From Narcine bancroftii (lineage: Eukaryota): a stretch of DNA of 64,000 nt. The stretch is from the NCBI RefSeq assembly GCF_036971445.1, contig NC_091475.1:15624001-15688000 (forward strand), written 5' to 3'. The notes below the pieces were generated by a model. That model did not search any database. It had not been told where the DNA came from and was given only the letters and a program-made list of their open reading frames with translations. The translations under genes and the position numbers were made by a program. Below, piece after piece: positions 13,770 to 27,789 of this stretch. Positions within the stretch are counted from its first letter, which is position 1. Every line of letters begins with the position of its first letter.

Positions 13770-13975
13770 ATGGGGCAGTAGCATTAGCTCAAGGCCTATA
13801 CAGCGCCAGTGATCAGGACCAGGGTTCAAATCCCACGCTGTCCGTAAGGGGTTTGCACATTCTCCCCAGGGGCTCTAGTTTAAGTCCATTCTAAATGTAC
13901 CGGGGGGGTGTAGATTAAAGGGATGTAAATTGGGCAGCATGGACCCGTGGGCCAAAATGGCCTGTTAACGTGCTG
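13770..13975 (+). mobile_element. tRNA-headed V-SINE-like element
   Basis: B-box GGTTCAAATCC followed by CTGTCCGTAAGGGGTTTGCACATTCTCCCC. Copies near 10320-10535(-), 14755-14935(-), 16705-16845(-), 25645-25845(+), 31435-31665(+), 54240-54425(+) and 54735-54925(-). Confidence 0.8.
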
Positions 13976-14401
13976 CGCCAAGCGCAAGTTTGCTCAGCAC
14001 AGACAAGTTGGACCAAAGGACCCATTTCCATGCTGTAGCTTTTAATTTAAAAAAAAATCAGAAGTACTGCAGTACAACACCTATGGGGGATTGGTAGATG
14101 CCAGATAAGTGTATTATCTGGTTGCTTGAGATTGAGTGTTGTGTGTGATTGGCAAACTAACAAGGAAGAGCGCCAATTTTAAACTCCCGTATTTTTTTTT
14201 TAACCTATTTATTTTCCTCAATTTATTTTGCCGGATGCTCGAGGCTGCAAGTTGCTTGATTTTATTTGTACGTTATTGGAGATCATGGGATCTTTCAGCA
14301 GTTCTCAGTTCCAACTCCAAACCATTTACCTTTTTGTTTGCCAGGTCTGATCCACATAAAATGCAGTAGAAAGAACAGCTGGATTGGATGAACACACTTA
14401 C

Positions 14402-14591
14402 TGCAAGTCGGGTCTCTGAACCAAACACGTATTTCTGCTCTGTTCTTTCCCTTGATTTATTGATGTGGCTGACAATGAAGAGAGAGGCAGGGAGGCGAAT
14501 GGAAGGGCTCACAATGACACTGCCCCACAGAGCCCCATAGAAGACCTCCTGGCCCACCACCAGAACCAGCTTCTGCAGCAAGGTGTCAGTT
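14402..14591 (-). CDS. DOP1B: DOP1B coding exon 4
   Basis: [63 protein letters not shown]. 190 nt, |GTAAGT donor. Confidence 0.95.
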
Positions 14592-17379
14592 CTACATTGA
14601 GGAGAGGGGGGAGAACAAATAAAAAGACAGCAGAGTAAAATGTGTGACCTTGACGCACCATGAAATACTGGCACAAGGGCTCCGAGACTTCCAAAGGTTG
14701 CACTAGTAGGTTAAATACAGATTAATCTAAATTTTTATTTCCAAATTTTCCTTTAGATGTACAGCCCTTTCGGCCCACGAGCCCAAGCATCCAAAATACA
14801 CCAAGCCTGAACATTTTTGGAGGGTAGGAGAAACAGCTGGTCCTGGGAAGAATATACTAACTCCTTACAGACATCGCTGGATTTGAATCTGGATCACAGG
14901 CATTGTAATAATGTTGCGCGCTCCATGTTAACTGCGCAAATCTTAGTAAAAATTAGTTAATTTGCATACATCACTGCTACAGATTCAAAACAGCCAGTTT
15001 ATGGAAGTTGCCGAATACAGAATGCCGGGCCAGAGTTTTAACCCGTAACCCGAAAGTGCGCTACTACACAGAACAATGTGCTGGGCCCCAAAACCCACCA
15101 ATTCTTGCATCAACAGATTTCAGGCGGATTTCTTTCCTAATCCGTCACTTCTAAAATTTCTTCTTTTTCTGGGGTGAAAGTGCCCTCCCGTTAATTCAAC
15201 GTGTAACGTTGGAGAAAATTTTGTATGATAATGTCATGGGGAACAATGCAATATTGCAAGACAATTCAACACATTTTCCAACAAATTCTAGAATCTTGAT
15301 TGTTAAATGATAAACTAAGCTAAAATGTAATACTTTGGGGCCAAGTGATGGAGGTCATCTGGAACAGGGCGAAATAGTTGAGGTGTTTTGGACACAATAG
15401 GTAGAAAGGGGATCGTAGCCAGTCAAGAGGAGGGAGTTATATTGGGGAACATTTTGGATACAGCGACCATAATTCCAATCCCAGATCCAACTGTTAGTGC
15501 ATTCACAATTCCTAGCAAAGGAGGACACAACTATTTGTTTCTTGTGCTGCTTGATCACTGAATCTAGATGCATATATTTTATATACATTTACAGCTCAGG
15601 GAACAAAATATAGAAAAAAAAATAACTAAAGACTTGTACCTATCACATGAAGTATCCAAAATTCAAATAAAGCCCAAATGCAAGAAATTCCAACTGAACA
15701 TGTCCACCCCACTGGAATAGCCAATTAGTCCATTGGCCTCTTCAAGTTACACCTTCAATCATTGTTGCATCAGATACAGTGAAGAAGATATCACGGAAGT
15801 TCTCCTCTCTTCGAAGGGATTCTGTGAGAGTTTCACTCCCTGTCCCCCCTTTGTTATCCCCGTTGTTCTCAAGCTCGACAACAACGTGATCTCCCAGACT
15901 CGCAATATCAACCTCCAATTTCAGTACCCTTCTTCTTAAGTCCCTCTCTTCCCCTTACTCCAGCCTGTCCTCCTTCCTCCAACTCCCCTGAAGAGGAGTA
16001 AAACACAGAAGTCTGCAGGCACCGAGGCTGGAGTAAAACTACAAGGCTGGGGAAACTCAGCAGGGAAAACATTTAAAGATACAAAAGCGAAGTTTTGGGC
16101 TTGAGCCCTTCAAGAGATGAGCATGATGTAGGCAGGTGGCTGAATAAAATGGCTTAGTTGGCGGGGGGGCGGTTAAGGGGAGGAGCTCAGGCCCACAGGC
16201 TGGAGATAACAGGTGGATAAGGAAGGGAAGGTACAAGAGAAAACAGGTTGAGGGGGATGGCTCTGTGAATGGAGAGGGAAGGAGATGAAGAGCTAGAGCT
16301 GTGTTCCCCACTAGTCCCCAGCATCTGCAGATTTCCCTATTTAACGTCAGATATTGTCTGATTGAGTACAAAAATAAAACTCCCCTAACATTACTCAACA
16401 ATGGCTTTTGGTCCACCAACCCAGAAGAGCTCTCCCTAATGGATCAACATGACCTTTTCCCAATTCCCCCACACAGGTCACCCTTGGCACTGTGGACACA
16501 GGTGGTCTTCAATTGGAACTCCACATTCTGCAAATTGTGCCAAGGACGCTGTAACAATGTAATCAAGACTCAAAGTCATCAAATTCAGACCACGACATAA
16601 GAGCAGAAATAGGCCACTCAGCCCATCGAATCCTCCCCATTCAATCATGAGCTGAACTATTTTATCCCTTGGCCCCTCTACCCAGCCTTCTCCCCCTCAC
16701 ACGTTAACAGGTCATTTCGGCCCACAGGTCCGTGCCACCAAATTTACACAAGAGCCCCCAGGGAAAACCCACACAGACACGGGGATTCTGGTCCTGATCG
16801 CTAGCACCATAAAGGTGTTGCGTTAATCACTACACGAATTGTGTCTCCCCTGGCTAATCAAGAACCTATCAATCTCTGCCAAATGAATGGTTCTCACCAG
16901 CCGGGTATGCAAAAGAGCTCAGCCTTGATTCACAGGTCTACTCCTCGCTTGTAATTAAACAAACTGTTCCTGCTACCCCTCCGCCATCAGAATCGTAATC
17001 CACAAACTCTATCAGAGATTCATTTAAGGACTTTTACTTTGCACATTATTTATTACTGAATATTCTTTTTATTTCCATATTGCAGTTTTTTTTTTCATTT
17101 CTTTTTTGATTTACATTTGTATTTGCATCATTTTCTTGTGAACCATGTACGGTTATCGATTAGTAGAAATTCTGCCAGGCCCGTAGGAAAAAGAATCTCA
17201 GGGTTGTGTGAGATGTCGTGCATGTACTCTCACAAAACAAAATCTGAACTTTGGCCTTTGTTGTTTCCTTTCGACCATCTCTTTATTCTTCACTGGCTTG
17301 AACCCGTATAGTTCAAGCACAAGTTTCTGACCAAGTGGATGAATGAACTTTGCACTTGGGCCCCAGCCATTAAACTCAC

Positions 17380-17550
17380 CTGTCATAGATCTCCGACCCC
17401 TCCTCCAGCCCTGGAAGCAATCCGGTAATGAACGCCTGAAGGCTGGGGTTTAAGGACTTCTGAAGTGGTAGGTAGTATTTCTCGTAAAGTCCAAGCAGCA
17501 CTGGTTTCACGGACATTGCAGCATTGCCCAGCAAAGGAAACAGGCCTGAG
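17380..17550 (-). CDS. DOP1B: DOP1B coding exon 3
   Basis: [56 protein letters not shown](R). 171 nt, TTGCAG| acceptor and |GTGAGT donor. Confidence 0.96.
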
Positions 17551-19700
17551 CTGCAACAGAATAAACGGAAACAGAAACTCATCTTCAACTTCATTATGAC
17601 CTGACGGTAAAATACAAACAGCATTTGTCTGGATCACAATGCAAAGCATTTAATAACCATATAAAGATATAAAATAAATGTAAATATTTTGAATAATTTA
17701 GGCGACAAAACTATGATAGACATATACAGGGCAACAGATGCAAATACCAGAGTACAATTCGTTTCCGATTATTCAAAATCCTTGGGACCGGATGTTTTGC
17801 GGTTAACTGGATTTTTCGGATAACTGAGGAATTGCTTCAAGCAGCCCAGTAACATAAGCAGAAAACTTGTATCAGCGATTAAACAACAAGAAATAACAAT
17901 GGAAGGTTTTTAAACAATAATGTTTAATTCTCATCAAAAAAAATTATCTCTGCTTACAGAATAAGATAAATGCGTAAATTTGAGAAAAGATCTTTTTTTT
18001 TAAACTTTAAAAAATTCAGAATACTGAGAATTTTGGTTAAGAGGTTTCCAGATATTTGGACTGTATATCTGTATCGGGTTAGGGGAGGAGATGTCAGGGG
18101 CAAGTTTTTTTTAAAGTTTGCACAGAGAGTGATGGGTGCCTGGAATGGATTGCCAGAGGTGGTGACAGAGGCTGGTACAATAAGGACATTTAAAAGACTC
18201 TTAGACATGCATATGGATGCAATAAAAATAAAGGGTTATGAGTGTTAGGTAGGGAAGGTTCAAATTGTTAAGTAGGTTTATATAGAACGGCACAACATTG
18301 TGGGTTGAAGGGGCTGTACTGTATGTTCTATGTCTATATTAATTTACCCATTTCATTGAAGAGACCCAAGGTTACAAGATACTGTTTATTTCTCAGCCTG
18401 GCAGTCCTGATGCTTCTGGGCCTCCTTCCTGATGATAATTACCGTGTGATGGATGGAAAGGGTCCTCACTAATTCTCTGAGTCCTATTTAAGTTGGAAGT
18501 ATACGGTTTTGAAATGGATACAAGCAAGACCACTTATTGGACTCCATTGTTTGGTTCAACAGCAAGGAAAAACATGTAGAAAATTGGAAATTAGGCATCA
18601 TCTGGTGGGGGGGGGGGAATTAAATGTTTTAAAACAGGCAAATAACATGGCATTGGCTACACAGAGAATGGTTCATATGGAAAGTTCATTAACGTGAAGA
18701 AAGCACAGGCAGGTCGGCAGTGGAGATGATCCTCCAGGATGGTAACCACGGCAACGGACCAGTGAAGGCTCAGCAACTGAGGGGCCCACACAGGCTGTGG
18801 GTCGACTGGCGGTCCGGGAACCGCACAGGCTGAGGGCTGCTGAAGAATGGCCCACGGGAACCAGGATTCTAGAGGGCGCTGAAGGCAAGAAGGGCTCCCA
18901 AGAGGCCTCGCATGCCAAAGGCTTCCTGATTGTGGCAGAGGTTTGGATCTTGATCAAACAAGGGGCCTGTACTGCTGCAGAGGCTGTGGGCGCACTGGAG
19001 GAGAATCCACAGACACTCAGTGACTCTGAGGGGACTTTCTTTTGTTTTTCTCTCTCTCTCTCTTACTGCAAGGGGCACCGGACAACACTAAAGGCAACCT
19101 TTGTCTACCTTCTGGCAGGGCAAATACAATTTTATGTAAAGTTACGATCTGTACTATTACATGACAATAAGGAAATCTTGAATCACATGTCCAAAACTGA
19201 TGACATTATGCCTTGATGGGTGGCATACTTTGTCTATGCACATTTGAATAAAATTCAGTGCACTTCACCACCTGCCAGCTACGTGAATTAACAAATCCTC
19301 TGCTGCAAGAACTCAGCAGGTCGAGTCGCATCAGTGGGAGAAAAAAGAATGGTCAGTGCTTCAGGTTGGAACCCCTTCCCTCTGTTGAGTTCCTCCCACA
19401 AATTGTCCGTTGCTCCGGATTCCAGCATCTGCAATCTCCAGCGGAGCACCCGGATACAAATGCGAATTCGGCTCAACACCAGAACACTGCTTTATGGAAC
19501 TAGGCTGGGGGGAGGGCGGTGTAAAGATTTTTTTTTTTTCCGGTCTTAATATCTTCCAACAATTAAATCTAAATTAGATATCAATTTTCAAAACACATTG
19601 GAGTACCACAGGAGCCAAAGTAGCAATCAGCTCAAATGCAAATTATAAATTGGAAAATATAGCTTGATAAAATGTTTGTACAAATCTTTATCCACTGCAC

Positions 19701-19882
19701 CTGTAAAAGAACAAGTCCTTGGCCAACCATTTGATTCCAATGATCTTAAATATGATCTCATAGGTTTCCAGTGCTTTCAGATGGACGCCAATGGGCAGGG
19801 CTGGGTGCAGGCATTGCGCTAACCTCTTACTAATGATCAGACGTCTCGGCAAGAGAGAGTACTTCAAATTGCTCTGGAGGGC
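19701..19882 (-). CDS. DOP1B: DOP1B coding exon 2
   Basis: [60 protein letters not shown](S), part of the Dopey_N domain. 182 nt, AG/GT flanks, phase consistent. Confidence 0.96.
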
Positions 19883-20585
19883 CTGAGGGTTAATAATGGA
19901 CAAGGTTGCAATAAAACATTCAGGCAACAGCATTATTAATTCATAAATTCAGAATATCTCAAATTTCTCAAGGAGTGTGCAAGCAATAGGTAAAATGTTT
20001 TTTTTTAAATTTAGACATAAACCACAGTTACAAGCCCTTCTGACCCACAAGCCCGGTGCCACTCAATTACACCCACCTTAACCAATAACCCTCATACATT
20101 TTGAACAGTGGGAGGAAACCCATGCTCACAGTGCTGTTCTAACCGCTTTGCTAGCCGTTATTCAGCAAGCTGGGCAGAGTGGACAACTCTCATGAAAAAT
20201 GCATCCTCCCTTCTCCAGCAGCATCTGATGGACTGTAATTGGATTGGATTGTTCATGGTCATCTGTATTGAAGTACAGTGAAAAGCTAGTTCTGTGTGTT
20301 ATCCAAGCAAATCAGCCCATACTCAAGTACAGCAGGTAACACGATGACAGGGTTACATTAGGCAGCAATTCTGGTGGTGGTAGGGACACAAGAAGGTAGA
20401 TTGATTGTAATGCATGAATGTAGATGCTCTGCCAGGAGCAGCTTGTAAAATGTTGTCCTACTCTGGCACAACTGGTCAAGGCAGAGATGATGAATAGTTA
20501 ATGGATTATTGTGGAATTAATTCATATTCTGCAATCCCAGCCAAAATGTTCCAGTGCAGAACCAACACTGGCATCCACTCATCTA

Positions 20586-22239
20586 CAGAGCCCTCCATAA
20601 TGTTTCATTCCCCTGTGCTCCACCGTTTTAAATTTGAAATCAAACCTATCAACATGCTATGATTTATTCAAGGTTACTTGTATACATTTTGGTTTGACCA
20701 TGTAGAAATTACAGCAATTTTTATACATTGTCCCCTCATTTCAGGGCACCAGAATGTTTGGGATGTTTGCCTTCACAGATGTTTGTGAGTATTCAGATGT
20801 GTTTAATTGCTTCACTGGTGACAGCTGGGCTTGCTTCGAAGCTTTTGACCACTTTTGCCATTTTTCTACACGAGGACCAGAGTTGTGCCAATTAAAGTCA
20901 AAGAAGCCATTATGAGGCTGAAATAAAACAGTAAGAGACTTCACTCAAACCTTAGGATTATTAAAAGCAACAGTTTGGAATATCAGTAAGAACAAGTGCG
21001 CTGGTGAGCTTAGTCATTCCAACCTGAAGCACTGACCATTCTTTTTTCTCCCACTGATGCGACTCGACCTGCTGAGTTCTTGCAGCAGAGGACTGGTGTT
21101 CCAAGGAAAACCTCAACTGCTGATGGCAGAATAATTCTCATGATAATGAAGAAAAATCCCCAGACGGATCAGAAGCACTCTTCAGGAGGCAGGTGTCAAT
21201 CTACTGACCTCAGGAGACTTTGTGAACAGAAATACAGAGACCACACAGCAAGATGCAAACCATGGCAAAGTTGGTATACTCTGGATCTTGGACAGTTCCT
21301 TTATGCCTCTACAGTTTACTCTTGCCATCTCTCTAATACAGGTTAATCTTGGACTCATCTCATCTGTCCACAAGACCTTTTTTTTCTCAGAACTCTTCAG
21401 TCTCTTAAATATTTCTTGACAAACTGCAATATGGCCATACTTTCTGTAGCTAAATAGTGCGGCCTCTGTCGGGTATTTCAGTTCATGGTCTTCTGCAGTC
21501 CATATAATCATTGAACATTTCCACACATTCCTGCTGAAGAATGACTTCCCGTTTGGGGATTTTTCTTCATTATGATGAGAATTCTTCTTCCATCAGCAGT
21601 GGAGGTCTTCCTTGGAATGCCAGTCCCTTTGTGATTACTGAGGTCACCATTACGCTCTTTCCTCTTGATCATGTTCCAAACTCTTGATTTTGATGATCAT
21701 AAAGGTTAGGCGATGTCTCTTAGTGCTTTATTCTTGTTATTAAGCGTCATAATGGCTTCTTTGACTTTCATTGGGCAGAACTTATGAAAAAGAAATGGCA
21801 ACTCCACACTCCAAAGTTGATCAAAAGCTTCGAAGCAAGCCCAGCTCTCTTATACCTGCACTAATGAAGCAATTAAATGCACCAATGAGCAATTAAACAC
21901 ACCTGAGTACTCACAAACACCTGTGAAGCCAAACATTATGGTGCCCTGAAATGAGGGGACAATGTATAAAAATTACTGTAATTTTATATGGTCAAACCAA
22001 TACACATATAAATGCTGTATATGGTTATATTGCTGGTCAATGGGACTAGGAGGGTGGGGATTTGTTCTGGCATGGACTAGTAGAGCCAAACTGGCCTGTT
22101 CTGTGCTGTATATGGTTATAAATAACCTTGAATAAAATCTGCTATGTGTACTTTAAATTGTTTGATTATAAATTTAAAACTGTTGAGCACAGGGGCAAAT
22201 AAAAAAGCATCTTTGTCCCAAACATTCTGGAGGGATCTG
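20586..22239. mobile_element. Tc1-like DNA transposon derivative made of two inverted 5' halves
   Basis: TA|CAGAGCCCTCCATAATGTTT at the left end and AAACATTCTGGAGGGATCTG|TA at the right end. Transposase N-terminal remnants on both strands (PRKTSTADGRII on +, KKVLWTDE on -). Confidence 0.85.
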
Positions 22240-23888
22240 TACATGGGCAATACTGACAATGAGAGGGACACATCCAACCCAGCCAGGTGCCATCCAGCCT
22301 TCGCTCAAAGGAATGGAAGGTGTCATTAATGCTTCTATCAGAATATTTATCTCAATGTTCAATCTAGGCTGCGCTCTCTACACCCATTAACAAGGAATTC
22401 CAGAGGTGATGCAAGAGTGAACGCCCTGGAGCCGGAGACAGCTATTAACCAAGCGTGGCATCAAGGAACCCAGGTAAAAATGAAGTCATTGGGGCATCAT
22501 GAAGAAAGTTCTGCAATGGATGAGGTCAAGCATTCCAGAATAGAGTCCTGGAGCAAAGGATTCAGAGGGCAAGGGGGAGCTGATAGATATATGAAATTAT
22601 AAGAGGATTTTTCTTTCCCCCCCCCCCCTCCATTTCGGGGGTATCAAAATTAAGGTGAGAGGAACAAAATATAAAGGCGATTTGAGGAGATTTTAAAAAA
22701 GAAAGTAAACAGTGATTAGAAATCATGGTCTGAGATTGTAGTGTTAGATAAAAATCACATTTTTATGGGGTCCTTTCCTTAATTATTTTTAGAATTTATA
22801 AGATTATTGGATTCCATTTTACGGTTTGGTTGTCCTTTCTTTCATGTATTAATGGGACATATACGTTTAATCATAACCTCACAAGAGAAGGGCAAGATTA
22901 GGACAATAGTTTTTGTTTTATATACATTTTTGAGTTTTTTTTTGTCTCTTTCATATGTTGTTTACAGCTATTTGTTAATATATGTTTCCTTTGTTGAATA
23001 TATATTCTTGTTATTACCTAAATATGAGCATATGTAACAAAAAAAGAAATATTGGAAAGAGATAAAAATCACATTTATCAGAGATTTAAACAGGTTGAGA
23101 TGTGTATGGACCCAACATCGGCAAATTGAATTTGTGTAGGTGAGCAAAAATGCCAGAATGGACACAAGTGGGCCACAGGGAATGCACAACGGTGATTGTG
23201 GTTGTGGATAATGAATGAATCACACTGTAAAATACACCAAGGAAGTTGAACTCTAGTCCAATCGTCCAAAAGATACCAATACTCCACTTTTTAAATTAAA
23301 GAACTTGCTAAGTATAATTGTGCACACCGCACTGGGTAGATTTCAAAAATCTGAACAAACTATGACTGTAAACTGAAAAGAAGGCTAACTCATGACCAAT
23401 CCAAAGCAGAAAGCCATCTTATTTATTTGCCATCAACAGGAACACCATTGTAACCCATGTTGTAGTAAGCCCACAAGGAGACCGCCAGTGGACCAGCAGG
23501 ATCGCCCCCTGCAGGTGGGTGAGCTTCACCACAAGCGCACTCCAGCATGAGAAGGCAGAACTTGAAATCAGATAAGAGAAAAGATCTGGTTCAGTGAGAA
23601 GAATTCTTCTGCAAGCAGCATCACAGGTTATTTCTGACATTCATACAGCTATGAGTGGGGCACAATTTACAGAGAGCAGGAACGCAAAGAAAGATGGATA
23701 AGCACCAAGAGCAGCACATTAGCACTGATAATGGGGTTAGCTCCAGAATAAAAGTTTGGTACAATATGTCCCAATGCTTTAAACAGTTTATCTCTTTCCA
23801 GGAACTGAATGCACAGAGAAGTTGAAGCGGAGTTTAAAATTCCCAGCACCAACATCCTTATTTACCTAGCTCCCATTAATTCATTTAC

Positions 23889-24026
23889 CTTGTTAAGCTT
23901 TCCCAGTGAAGAGATAAGATCTGCCCATTCGGTGGATGACTCAAAGTTCTTCAAAGCTTTGTCGATTGTGGCAGAGTAACTTCTGTATCTGTACTCATTT
24001 ATCAAATTTAACTCTTCTTGGTCCAT
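23889..24026 (-). CDS. DOP1B: DOP1B (Dopey-2) first coding exon
   Basis: Translates [46 protein letters not shown], matching the DOP1B N-terminus (human [46 protein letters not shown]). 138 nt, donor GTAAAT, likely acceptor CTAAG| with the exon starting at 24055. Confidence 0.96.
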
Positions 24027-24640
24027 TTTTCTTTCTCATTGTACCTCACTTGATCCTTAGGATAAGAAACAATTCAGGTCAGCTTAGCGACATCACAATC
24101 AGATGGCGCATATAAAAAGAATGTTAGGTTTTAAAAGATTATATCATTTTTGGAAGCTCAATTAAGTAAACAATGAAATGCAAAACTTGTTATTGCCATA
24201 GATTTTAAACAGCCAATCAGCATTGCCAAACTCGGCCTCCTTACACACAGAGGTAAAACAGTAACCACATGACAGCATTCAGGGAGGGTAGGGTAGCAAC
24301 ATCTCTGCGATCACGCCCAACACTGGCCCTCCTCAAGGACGTGTACACAATCCCCTGCTATTCTGCCTCCACACCCACAACTGAAAGTGTAAATGCAAAT
24401 CCAGTCAATCCCAATTCCATCTTTTTCCCCTCATAGTCGACCCCATACAAGGGAAACATAATAACAAATAGAAGGATAAATATTCACAATTGCAAAATGC
24501 GATGTTACAAAGGCACAGAGAGAGGTGGACATGAAGTTTATTAATTCATTATAGAGGGTCAAAACAGTAAGCCTTTTTTTAATGTTTATAAAACACTGAG
24601 GTTCTGTGTGTTCCGTAAAGTACCTCATCTAAAGCAGTTG

Positions 24641-24990
24641 CAGTGGTTCTCAACCATTTTCTTTCCACTCCCATACTACTTTAAGTAATCCCTATGCCAT
24701 CAGTGCTCTGTGATTAGTAAGGGATTGCTTAAGGTGGGATGTGAGGAAAGGTTGAGAACCACTGCTCTAGACCCAATTGTTCCCAAAACATTTTGCTTGA
24801 CAAAAATCGTCCTTGGCCCATGTCCTTTGGAGTTATGAAACCGTGCACCTAATGAGTCAATGAGGTACGATTAAAACACTGGTTTTCAAACGTTTTCTTT
24901 CCACCCACACACCACCTTAAGCAATCCCTATGGCAGAGGGAATACTTAAAAGTGGTAGGTGAGGTGAAAGAAAAAGGTTGAGAACCACTG
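24641..24990. mobile_element. hAT-type MITE made of two TIR-bounded units
   Basis: CAGTGGTTCTCAACC ... GGTTGAGAACCACTG, with an internal copy of the ends at 24763 and 24878. Related single unit near 983-1136. Confidence 0.8.
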
Positions 24991-27789
24991 TTCTAAGTGT
25001 TCAACCCAACAACTGCTCCTCCACCCATTAATTCAACAAGAATTCAGTAATAAATCACGTATCACGTGTATTAAATCAATGAATTACCAGAACACCTTAA
25101 ACCTTCACCCACCCCAACCCACAGTATATTTTCCTGTATTAAAATGTGCTTCTGTAATAACAGTGGTGTCTGTTCTCAATGTAAGAGGCTCAGGTCTTTG
25201 CAGACAGAACAATGGCAGGAGTGTGCTTCAGATGATCCCTGAAGCACATTTTGTACTGAAGAAGGGTCAGGAAGGATAGAGCAGGCAGCCACGTCTCATC
25301 TTTACACCTCAAACCACAATGCAGCATGGCCTGTTGGGAAGTTTATTGATGAGGTCAAGGAGATTTGGCTGTGATTATCTCCGATAGTTCAGCCACTTCC
25401 AGATTCCAATTGGGGTGAGCAGGTAATGGCCATTATTGTAGGTTGCCATTCCTCATGGAAATGACGTCCTGCTCATGAAGAGGAGGAGAAAATGGGAAAG
25501 GCAGAGAATAGGTTTCAGACCAAGAGATATGGCTTCAGCTCAGGCCAGTAATGACGATGCCCTGAATGGCCTCTCTGGATCAGTATTCAGTAATAAATTC
25601 AATAAGAAAGAAAATCTGGAAGCAGTATTTATTTGGGCGTTATGGCTAGTGTAGGTTAGCCCAATGCAATTAATAGCACCGGAAACTGGTTCAAATCCGG
25701 CGCAGTCTGTAAGGAGTTTGTACATTACTCTCATGTCCGTGTGGGTTTCCTCCAGATGCTCCGGTTTCCTCCCACCCCTCAAAACGTACAGGGGTTGGAG
25801 AGGTATTTGGGCTGAAGGGCCTGTAAATGTGCTATATGTCTGCAAGGATACATTTAAATTTATTTCTATATGAGTTTTACTTCGAAAATCATCAAAAAAT
25901 TACCAGTGGAAAGCTTTATATCATTTGTAAAAGCACAAAAATGCTGGAGGAACTCACCATACACTTATAAGTGAAAAAATCATCAATGTTTCACTTTATA
26001 TCATTAGCTTTCATTTATTATCCCTGCTATGTGGCACATGAACACAATTTAAAATTCTTTAGGGCATGATAATGCCAGGAAGGCATAAATAAAATTTACT
26101 GAGAGAAATAAAAACACAAAATGCTGGAGGAGGTCAGTGCCCTTTTATGTCGCAAAGGTAAAGATACATAAACCAACGTTTTGGGCTTTAGTTCTTCAAA
26201 GTATGAGAAAATGCCAGGAGCCTTCCAAACATAAGAGTGGGAATGGGGGGGTGGGTGGCAAAGGCAGGAGATCATAGGTGGAGAGGGGACAGCAGGAAAT
26301 GAGGGGGAGGAGGGATGGCTGGGTAGGTGGAAGAACTGGAAAGACAGGAAAGGGGGAGGGAAAAGAAAAGGCGAGCAGGTTTAGTGGAAAGCTAAAGTCA
26401 AGGTTAGTCCCATCTGGCTGGAAAGTGCCTAGACGGAAATAAGGGGCTCGTCCTCCAATTTGCGGGTGGTCTAGGTGGGAGTTTGCATCAACTTTATGGG
26501 TATATTGGAAGTAAAGAGCACACACACCTATTAACATTGCCACAGACTATGCTCAACACCCAGTTGCTATCGACATTTCTTTTTAAAAATCGTGATTACG
26601 AAACTTTTGTGTACAATTGCTCAGAGTTAGAGCACACCCTACCATTTGCAACTCTTGACACCGAAGGAGAAAGTTTTGCCCCATCCAGTCTCACGGACCA
26701 ATCCCATTCCCCACTTAATTTCACGTAATCTAATCCCCTCACACTCCCATTCACTCCCTCTGGATTCTACCACTTGCCTACATAATCAGCGACCTACTAA
26801 CCCGATGAAGGGCTCTGGCCCAAAACACTGATCACCTATTACTTCCTATGGATGCTGCGTGATGCTCCAGCACTGTTGTGTACACCAATAAACCCAGCAT
26901 CTGCAGATGTTCTTATTTAGCATACTAGCCCAAATGTATTCAAGTTGAAAAAGATCAGAACACCCAGAGGTCACCCATAAACTTTTTTTTATTTAAAAAC
27001 ACAGCCGCTGTATTCCAGAAAATTGTTCCCAAAATTCCGGAATGTAGCCGGTGTAAAAGGTCCTGGACGATATTTTACCTCCTGGACCCCTGAAGAATGT
27101 CACAGAACGCCTGCAGTCTAAACACAACTGCAGGCGTTTGGCAGCAACAAAGGGAAGTTATTGATGATGCACGATGCCGTACGTTGCACATAGCTTAAAC
27201 ATCACAGTCGACGCGGTAGCGTCCCACGTAGACCAAAAGAACCACAACTCGGGTATTTAATGTAAATGCAAGGTGAGATCCAAATTTTTGACGTTCTGGT
27301 TTTTCCAGTCTAAATGGCCACTCCGGAAGGTAGGTGTGATAATTGGTGATGGGAAAATCCCCTCAATTATACAAAAAAACGTAACAGAAAGAAGATTCAA
27401 ACTCCACACCCTCAGAACTGCAGGTCCCCTCTGATTAAATGGACAAAACAAAAGTCAGGCAACTTTAGAAGTAAAACACAAAAGTCTACAGACACTGTGG
27501 CTGAAGTAAAAACAACGCTGGAGAAACTCAGCAGGTGAAACAGTGTATTTTATGTGGCAAAGATAAAGATACATAACCAAGGTTTCAGGCCTGAGCCCTT
27601 CATCAAGGTATGGACATTCCGATATTGCACACCCTGATTTGTGGATTTCCATCGTTATTGGTAAGGTGAGGCTTGCGTTACTGAGCATTGAGAAGTTCTC
27701 GAGTTGGAAAGTTCGAACTTGAGTACACATCCTGACAGTACACAAATACATCAAACAAGTAAGATATAAAAATAACAACACAAGAAAAT

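Noticed and set aside
13770-13840. tRNA-like A/B boxes
   Set aside because: This is the head of a multi-copy SINE, with no full cloverleaf.
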